DNA from: a virus
Reading direction: 5' to 3' (one strand)
Virus record (IMG/VR): IMGVR_UViG_3300025727_000603
Location: 15,311-79,310 of that record
DNA: 64,000 bases
Shown here one piece after another: positions 58,601 through 64,000 of the stretch. The notes below the pieces were generated by a model. The model searched no databases and had not been told where the DNA came from. It was given only the letters and a program-made list of their open reading frames with translations. Made by a program: the position numbers and the translations under genes. The stretch's first letter is position 1. The number at the start of each line of letters is the position of its first letter.

Positions 58601-61600
58601 TTCTCTAATTAATCTTTTTCAGGTAAGATATGATATAATAAATGAGGATGAGCGTAGTCTAGATACATCTATAAATCACTACCTTTCTGACATTAATATA
58701 CAATCTATTGAAGATTATAACTACATGGAGTTCTATTCCATAGAAGATTATGACGTACCTTTTCGTAAAAATCTTCAACCGAAAGCACGTTATATGATGT
58801 TTAAAGATGAAAACCCAGACGATCAGATACAGATATATAAAAACGGAACCCTTCTAGAACAATCTACATACGATGTTTCGGATAATCAGTGGTTATATCG
58901 CATATTTAATCAGACAGCAGATTATCTGCCAGGTGGTACGGCTACACCAATTGTTACGGGTTCTGAAGGATCTATTGTATCATATGCTAAATTAGCTAAA
59001 AGAGCTTTTACAAAATTAAACACAAACCCATCATACGCTATACATTGGCAGGATATGACTATAGGGGACGTTAAGGATGATTTAAAACTAGCAACTGACG
59101 CTTGGAAAAGCGGAGCTTTAAATAATGTTAGTCATTTAGATCAGTCTTCTATACCAGATCGTTATATTATCGATTGGACTTATGATAAACAAGGTAATAC
59201 ACATGTTAATATATATGACGAATTATTTGTTGAGTATCAAAATAATTTTATAAAAACTGGGTTTGCTGATGATCTTATACAATATGAAATAGGTGTTACT
59301 CCTACACTAGCTACAGCTACAACAACTAGTGCAGCTTACGCAGCTTCTGTTAATTATCAGTCATCTGAAATATCTATGCAGAATTTGGTTGAGCCAACAG
59401 AGATACCCTTTGCTGATATTATAGAGGGAGAAGAATATGTAATTTCAAATATAGGGGATGGTAATGATGTATTAGATTTAATGGATAAGTGGGCTCAATT
59501 AGACGGTAGGAATGAGATCATTACTGGTGATTATATAGTAACAGAACAAAAGAAAGCTATAACATACCTTGAGGTAAGTCTTGGAATAAAAACTGAAGAA
59601 CAAATGTTTACAGCTGTGTTTAACTGGTTTCAGAAAGAATATACAGGATCCACAAGAATACCAACCCAATTCGATATATGGAATTATGCAGCTATGGCTG
59701 GAACCATCCCAGACCTTCCGTCGACGGATTATCAAGGCAATCCTGTTGCTGCCGCACTGTCATCTTCCAATTGGTCAGCTGGAGCTACAGATATTACTAG
59801 TACAACTCCGGTTGCTATTCCGACATATACAGGACATAATTTTTATCGTGCTCAGTCGTATTATCAAACTTATATCCAAGGATATACAGTTCCTGCTACT
59901 GACCTTGAAAACAATCCAATTCAGTTTTATAATAATCAGTTTCCCTCCGGAGGGGCGGAATTATATGATACAGCCGAGGGTAATACGTCTTCATTTAATA
60001 ATACTTTTACTAATGGGCAAGGAACTAGGCTTGGAGAAGCTGGTGCTTATGATCCGACAGCTGGTGATGTAATGAAGGTATATGTGAATAAAGTTCTTCA
60101 GGTAGAGGGTGTTGACTACACAGCAACTCCTGATGGAGTTGGTTTTGGTGCGGCACTTATATCAGACGAAAAAGTAGTAGTCAATCTTATTAAATATTAC
60201 GAATTTGAAGCTGGAATGGTGGGTAAAACATTTGTAGCTAGAGCAAATGGGTCTACTGTAACTAATATCCCAGGTGCTACTGTTTGGAAACCTGTATTTG
60301 AGAAGGACTCTGGTGGTAATGATCTAATAGACATATCAGATATGGTAGAAGGTCTTAGATATTCTATTGCCGATATGGGAGACTTAAAGTGGTTTACAAA
60401 ATACACTTCTAAGGATGATGACAAAAAAATAGCTTGTGTATATCCAGAAAGTGAAGATGGTAATAGTCCTCTGGACTTATTTAATGTTGAATTTTATGGT
60501 TATTTTGGGAATAAAGCTACTGTATCCAAAGAATACCTTATACCGTCAATACTTTCAGAAAACGATTATAATTTAATAGATATTGGAGCGGAACCTCTAA
60601 TAGATAATGAAATGTTGTCACTGTCATACTTTTATCCAGATGGCCGGAGAAATTTTTTCACTCTTGGTGATAAAATAACAGCTATTAACCCAGATGTTTA
60701 TAAATCAGAACCTTTTCTGTCTTCCGGAGCTAAAGTAAGACTTCTTAAACATTCATCAGTACAGACAAGAGAATCATATATACCAGGGAAAATACCCGGA
60801 AAAGTATGGCCGGCAGTAACACTAAACAATTCTCCTAATGAGGATGGAGCAACTTGGACTGATTGGTTTGAAGGAACAACCCACATCTTTGATTCATCAT
60901 CAGCTAAGACAACACTATCAAGGCCTTTTCATCCAAATCTTTCAGGAGTAGATAACCTTGACTTTACTGTAGGACCGACCCCATCATATCTAGGTACATC
61001 ATGGCAGACTGCCTCTAGAAAGGATATACTTAATTTAAGATCTATTCATTACCAAGATGCACTACTACCTTCTCTCCATTATGAAGATACAGAGAACTAT
61101 CAATATGGGGTAACTGACCTAACGGATCTTAAACCTCACCCATCTTCTCTTCGTGGATTTCTCTTCGCGGATAAAATAAATCCTTATAGGATTTTATTTG
61201 ATACTAATGGTAACTATGCTATGAACCCTGATATAAGAGAATGGGATATAGCTAGAGTATATGAGAAAGGTGATGTAATTTGGGATAAAAACAAAGTATG
61301 GACGTCTGTAGTATGTGCAGGTAATGGGTTATCTAATTTTGACGGGTTATGGATCCGTAATGAAGTTGATACATCTGTTAGTAATAATGCTGGAGTTCAG
61401 CCTTCTACTCCAGGTACTGACTGGACTGAACTTGATATGACATATACAAATAACTCTGGAGGGTATTATTTATCAGAATACCCTAAAACTACACTATATA
61501 AAAGAGGCTTACCCTATTCTGTAGGTGATACAGTATTATATGTATCTCACTCCTACGATTTTAACACAACTAAAGAAACTGAAGATTATGATTCATGTAT

Positions 61601-62618
61601 GGGTCCATGGTCTTCAGGGTTCTATAAATGTATACAATCTATACCTTCATCGGAACCTACAGGATGGGCAGATCCTAAAATGACATCAAATGGTCATTAT
61701 GAATTATTAGATACTAGGTATTGGGTTCATATAGCACCAAAGGCTGATGCTAAAACAAAGAAACAGCAACAGCAATTAGGGTTGCCAGCTGGGATGGCTT
61801 TTCCTGAAGACCCGAGTATCAATGATACACATTTAGATAATTGGAGATGGAATGGTACATTTTGGGAAAACATAATAATTCCTAAAAATATATATAAACG
61901 TAGCATACCACACAATGACCCATTAAAACCTTATTGGTTTATTGATATGGCAGCTGAAACTTCTACACCGAACGACAAGTATGAAATTATAACAAATGGT
62001 ATAATCAAAACACGACTTGATATGTCCTCTCTTGAACAATCTAGAGTGGGTTATCCTACCACAAGAACAGCTCATACACCTGTAGGTGCTACTACAGATT
62101 ATGTTCTAGATGATGGTAAAATAGAAACTGGGTCAACTCAATCCATATTAGATCTAGATCAGTACTCTATAGAGATACCGTATAACCAGAAAAAGCATGA
62201 AATAATGTTAAAGATTAAAACACTTTCCACTGATTTTGTAATGTCTGAACAGACAATATCTATTCGGAATAGAAGCTCTAATCTTACTGCGGATATAGGA
62301 TCTGTAAGATATATTGGAGCTCCTCACACATCGTCACAGCATGAAGCTTATATTGGTCAAGATGGTTATTGGTATATTAGACTGCAAATTCATGGAGATG
62401 GTACTGGTACTGCAGATAATTGGTCGTCTTATTGGATTGATCTATACCAATCGCTTCATCATAATGCTTTCGACCTTAAAGTAGTTGATAGATTTGTTAC
62501 AGGACCTGCTGTTGTAACAGGTCCTGGTTATCATGATAACAACTATATTAGACTTCCGTTTAAATATAAATATAAAATAGAATCTTATATGGCACAGCTT
62601 AAGAACCAAGAAGACTAA
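52665..62618 (+). CDS. Giant fibre-like virion protein (3317 aa)
   Basis: N-terminal LTYRLDKESSLTYQELDDNF anchor motif; CBM5/12-like segments (WDIARVYEKGDVIW, YSVGDTVLY, YTCIKDH); LVEGTDYTV/QVEGVDYT repeats; late-promoter-like AATAAATA upstream. Confidence 0.65.
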   Translation: MSKLTYRLDKESSLTYQELDDNFRYFTESPGVNALTISTPLENSELYPLGSLVGFLNYNPQLSRVEPNTGHRLFVKVKEDLWDPIITDTVNTDTVVEPGRGLVLDTEGVLSLDSRINLIWNRQVSDVHRYRIKADKDEIFNFTINETVQQLNDDGTYTRGIISSIHYINSDSDIIELEADLYIHSIYNSETRKASEFITEKYPFYIDSGTLNTTFQDTSVNLLESLSTGSGSRARLVFDHSLAIGASKNIVKELDSDDLISTASQLKFMVVPEATYSHNLQSGLSSIFETNSENIESLYNTPPSALDLEEIARDTSDITYNTSTIAFIRDEVFLIDDVILLSVAQELLALSSGIPTNNTVLYNILVTPIYISHEEKSRYVWDFQAKYRNYSDPIPSISEFERLFEHVLGIKKLTESQLSWYSTHLLPIIKRSSNPTLKYLTTYGIDASRLPNDILIKFSEEYPELSNSEYIGSSVRLYSDKILKGYNDIWPFFNKPNILIESSQINLSGEDIFVGNPLVVNHGLNSTEKEKVRENVFPRNIFLTSKALKIGTDYTKFDEDGRSVVKNSADTALYGKYLDSRIPLDAMATEEVVISTGETGSLYIDSATTFDTSRGINITGTYVNDDNKIANTVLGSVRADSRKTCSSNIIEMRDDGYNKPEHTATHSVLNWWADKASWFSVQTGETPLTHKYLHLKTNLFSGLYTDAGGATLSYDNGSISYGILDTHNIEYKTLSFKENDLDSEGLRIPNMSFEPDFDYALKVYEEKGYDVFDVIFPKMYILLQAIYQTVISEMNWVVDASPTSKRPMSVFAPFNNTGNSNSSYMKLNRDAGYNHYPSQDNWWIGQDPDALYFDRGLYPDLADWLFEDIEDTTLPKDKNNNTLKIGNVLNAGMYDPADTIDPYDYKSLETGDRSEQWHLWTYRALSMVLEPPVEITEFEFPYTWNQQSGYTCSGTYFHNNYINHTVSTLNELIKICDHQSYKDLDNYTPGMTHGTYSSAILYGADIPIWYYSSNYWTGIPDIFQVKSYYIFNAFGYYFHAKYSGSGAEDLDAYGDQDATATVNDNATGWPNRGFRFPVDDIPITELDVDIGHCAFGPKIWSLQQDYNTPDDWTLNTNTGRSDKIIHFIGDATTRQRYNSSVRVPSSLWRRYIWRYESYNRGWDWLKGMEVYSLGEHYTCIKDHRGDEYGLKFPKDNEEAWKKSTFNKDVYDWFLEHLYKPKIKPLQDQLKSSEISIPDPDGNSEELIAKAKVIELSGVKAKSPGDEYGHKSSLQFDNSVQYLWNIGVSKRIRHICFPNQQTEREETGIANSSISFLGGSMSRSWNKVPTYTPTIIKSDVDFFGNGNFYGETLLSTEESLNLFDPLNEATNWPNKSILVGETQVNRTKERIPGSGITMFWDNYPASNSGEIEALKFAEESYNPLFVGTDPLVIKEKDITYSISFIKDYLNNLKSGTRKILLDENQDQAYIEINKLPANKLLDYIEEHNVLPEHISIDTHRVIKDINPFFYDWYSQHRTKSQRQRQEGELHNHNWPKIKDDAWEEVLLVSLNGVSVRCPIKSVRWGKYLFNSVEINTANANNLGGTVKPDFEVGPTSEYIYENPDHPDPNFRIRSARFNTAEGRLYAVLDAISQNPSTKHVLNTHNVILEESASPSIYSSVRIPTFNDYTKALKELFIVKENGSHAYKYIFETIGISNQNELATDTFALPYVSGSWSLDVYNTSVTPNVLLVEGTDYTVSDLDPTADPSGNAFGQPLRPSIISSFIDLFPVIVGMVQGNIDVSPAVNNNTITDVTDIKAYSYKTDWNEVKETYESNEINRMDSSYSFSTILVPTYTSPEKDKTWSVKFTDKYLNNILPTYYAKVVNENQDVIKTEFKLSYSVTNKTIEEGVENPFFYLNHDVLIDSNYDDTELQNLTDSWRTNILSIKDYAWSTLPNVAAATYTTYTQNNTGTNGPILFTNDYENSRDYILQKLNSEEEKASLINLFQVRYDIINEDERSLDTSINHYLSDINIQSIEDYNYMEFYSIEDYDVPFRKNLQPKARYMMFKDENPDDQIQIYKNGTLLEQSTYDVSDNQWLYRIFNQTADYLPGGTATPIVTGSEGSIVSYAKLAKRAFTKLNTNPSYAIHWQDMTIGDVKDDLKLATDAWKSGALNNVSHLDQSSIPDRYIIDWTYDKQGNTHVNIYDELFVEYQNNFIKTGFADDLIQYEIGVTPTLATATTTSAAYAASVNYQSSEISMQNLVEPTEIPFADIIEGEEYVISNIGDGNDVLDLMDKWAQLDGRNEIITGDYIVTEQKKAITYLEVSLGIKTEEQMFTAVFNWFQKEYTGSTRIPTQFDIWNYAAMAGTIPDLPSTDYQGNPVAAALSSSNWSAGATDITSTTPVAIPTYTGHNFYRAQSYYQTYIQGYTVPATDLENNPIQFYNNQFPSGGAELYDTAEGNTSSFNNTFTNGQGTRLGEAGAYDPTAGDVMKVYVNKVLQVEGVDYTATPDGVGFGAALISDEKVVVNLIKYYEFEAGMVGKTFVARANGSTVTNIPGATVWKPVFEKDSGGNDLIDISDMVEGLRYSIADMGDLKWFTKYTSKDDDKKIACVYPESEDGNSPLDLFNVEFYGYFGNKATVSKEYLIPSILSENDYNLIDIGAEPLIDNEMLSLSYFYPDGRRNFFTLGDKITAINPDVYKSEPFLSSGAKVRLLKHSSVQTRESYIPGKIPGKVWPAVTLNNSPNEDGATWTDWFEGTTHIFDSSSAKTTLSRPFHPNLSGVDNLDFTVGPTPSYLGTSWQTASRKDILNLRSIHYQDALLPSLHYEDTENYQYGVTDLTDLKPHPSSLRGFLFADKINPYRILFDTNGNYAMNPDIREWDIARVYEKGDVIWDKNKVWTSVVCAGNGLSNFDGLWIRNEVDTSVSNNAGVQPSTPGTDWTELDMTYTNNSGGYYLSEYPKTTLYKRGLPYSVGDTVLYVSHSYDFNTTKETEDYDSCMGPWSSGFYKCIQSIPSSEPTGWADPKMTSNGHYELLDTRYWVHIAPKADAKTKKQQQQLGLPAGMAFPEDPSINDTHLDNWRWNGTFWENIIIPKNIYKRSIPHNDPLKPYWFIDMAAETSTPNDKYEIITNGIIKTRLDMSSLEQSRVGYPTTRTAHTPVGATTDYVLDDGKIETGSTQSILDLDQYSIEIPYNQKKHEIMLKIKTLSTDFVMSEQTISIRNRSSNLTADIGSVRYIGAPHTSSQHEAYIGQDGYWYIRLQIHGDGTGTADNWSSYWIDLYQSLHHNAFDLKVVDRFVTGPAVVTGPGYHDNNYIRLPFKYKYKIESYMAQLKNQED

Positions 62619-62621
62619 ATG

Positions 62622-62629
62622 TATAAATA
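62622..62629 (+). promoter_or_regulatory. T4-type late promoter TATAAATA
   Basis: Exact consensus, intergenic, 30 nt before the gp13 ATG. Confidence 0.85.
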
Positions 62630-62659
62630 CCTTTATATAGATAAGGTAATGGACCAATT

Positions 62660-63409
62660 ATGACTTTACAACCAAATTCAAGGGAGACCCTAGTTAACTA
62701 TTGTTTAAGAGAACTAGGGGAACCTGTACTTGAAGTAAATGTGGATGAAGATCAATTAGAAGATCGTTTAGATGAAGCTTTCGAGTTCTGGCAAGAATAC
62801 CATTCTGATGCTACAAAAAAGGTATACTTTAAACATCTAATAACAGCTGAGGATAAAGAGAACAAATATCTTGATCTATCTAATCAGATTTTATGGGTAG
62901 ATAGGATATTACCTATAGATGCTTCTGGGTCTAATTTCCTCTTTGATATTGAGTATCAAATGAGATTAGCTGATATGAACAGACTTATGTCGATGGGTGG
63001 TATTGCAGAATATACTATGATGCAATCATCATTAGCCCTCTATGATATGAAATTAGGATCTGGTACAACAGAGGCTATTAGATTTTCTAGACATGAACAC
63101 AAGTTATTTTTAGATGTAGATGATGATGAGTTAAAAGTAGGAAGTTATCTACTAGTAGCTGCATGGTCTACTATAGACCCAGAAACTGCTACATCCTTAT
63201 ATAATGATCGTCTGTTGAAAAAATATCTTACACAGCTTATAAAGAAGCAATGGGGTCAGAATTTAATTAAATTTGATGGTATGGTTTTACCGGGTGGAAT
63301 TACTTTAAACGGTAGGCAATTGTATGATGATGCTATTGCGGAGATTGAAAAGATAGAAGCAGATATTAGGTTATCGTACGAGCTCCCTATTGACTTTATG
63401 ATAGGTTAA
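62660..63409 (+). CDS. gp13: Neck protein gp13 (head-tail adaptor)
   Basis: SRETLVNYCLRELGEPVLEVNVDEDQLEDR..EYHSD...KKQWGQNLIKF.G..LPGGITLNG..YELPIDFMIG. Confidence 0.95.
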   Translation: MTLQPNSRETLVNYCLRELGEPVLEVNVDEDQLEDRLDEAFEFWQEYHSDATKKVYFKHLITAEDKENKYLDLSNQILWVDRILPIDASGSNFLFDIEYQMRLADMNRLMSMGGIAEYTMMQSSLALYDMKLGSGTTEAIRFSRHEHKLFLDVDDDELKVGSYLLVAAWSTIDPETATSLYNDRLLKKYLTQLIKKQWGQNLIKFDGMVLPGGITLNGRQLYDDAIAEIEKIEADIRLSYELPIDFMIG

Positions 63410-63415
63410 TAAGTT

Positions 63416-64000
63416 ATGGCAACTAATACACACTTTAACCATAAAGTAAAATCAGAACAGAATCTGTATGAAGATATTATTATCGAATCTCTTCAGATGT
63501 TTGGGCAAGATGTTATGTATCTACCTAGACATGTTATAACAAAAGATGATATATTAAATGAAGATTATGCTAAGTTTGAGAATGCCTATTCTATAGAAAT
63601 GTATATAGAAAATACAGAAGGATGGGGTGGTGAAGGTGATCTTATGTCTAAATTCGGACTTCAGATTAGAGATCAAGCTACATTTATTGTATCTAAATCA
63701 AGATGGGAAAAGATACTTCATACAGAAAATCAGATTCGTCCTTTTGAGGGTGATCTTATATATATGCCATTATCTAATGCTATGTTTGAGATATCTCATG
63801 TAGAACATGAACTTCCTTTTTATGCCCTTGGTAATCTACCTACATATCAGTTACATTGTAACCTCTTCGAGTACGCTTCAGAAGAGTTTAATACATCTGT
63901 TCCAGCTATAGACCAATTTGAGTCTCTTCATGCTAATTATGATGTATTCGGTATTGAGAAGTCAATAGCCCAGTTATTTACTGTAGGTGAAATAGTAACA
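63416..64000 (+). CDS. gp14: Neck protein gp14 (head closure), 3' end outside the window; absent from the ORF track
   Basis: Manual translation: MATNTHFNHKVKSEQNLYEDIIIESLQMFGQDVMYLPR...IEMYIENTEGWGGEGDLMSKFGLQIRDQATF...RPFEGDLIY. Confidence 0.93.
   Translation, partial: MATNTHFNHKVKSEQNLYEDIIIESLQMFGQDVMYLPRHVITKDDILNEDYAKFENAYSIEMYIENTEGWGGEGDLMSKFGLQIRDQATFIVSKSRWEKILHTENQIRPFEGDLIYMPLSNAMFEISHVEHELPFYALGNLPTYQLHCNLFEYASEEFNTSVPAIDQFESLHANYDVFGIEKSIAQLFTVGEIVT

Noticed and set aside
3001-62572. TATAAATA matches at 3001, 28676 and 62565
   Set aside because: They are mid-CDS Tyr-Lys-Tyr codons; several chance hits are expected in DNA this AT-rich.
631-62618. Inteins explaining the size of the giant proteins
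   Set aside because: No His-Asn followed by Cys/Ser/Thr junction or LAGLIDADG motif was seen in either giant protein.
1513-62657. Many short ORFs on the minus strand or in alternate frames
   Set aside because: They lie inside long motif-bearing plus-strand genes, lack RBS and motifs, and reflect codon bias (e.g. Trp/Arg-rich shadows of Gly-rich genes).
1-64000. tRNA, rRNA, structured ncRNA, rho-independent terminators, stop-codon recoding
   Set aside because: Intergenic gaps are tiny, no convincing cloverleaf or GC hairpin with U-tract was seen by eye, and genes are intact under the standard code.

Overview
The window is AT-rich DNA from the late (virion structural) region of a large T4-like myovirus. 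It runs from the 3' end of baseplate wedge gp8 to neck genes gp13 and gp14, and almost every real gene is on the + strand. In order it contains: a 4335-aa DUF4815/VrlC-like virion protein; a 1512-aa fibre with a C-terminal self-cleaving chaperone; a ~19-kb translationally coupled biosynthetic island (18405-37269); a mosaic tail-fibre/adhesin array with deletion scars; a PAAR spike-tip gene; and a 3317-aa fibre-like protein. The island is the main point of interest. It encodes eight radical-SAM enzymes (two with SPASM domains) and a 262-aa protein ending in a strictly periodic (CxCxxx)n Cys/Asn/Asp-rich tail, the likely substrate. It also encodes a U32-like Fe-S protein, three glycosyltransferase-like proteins, a UDP-sugar dehydrogenase, two SDR epimerases, a split transketolase, a flavin-dependent halogenase-like enzyme and two deacetylases. 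The best reading is a phage-encoded RiPP-like and glycan post-translational modification system acting on virion protein(s). All family calls come from motif recognition by eye; no database searches were run.
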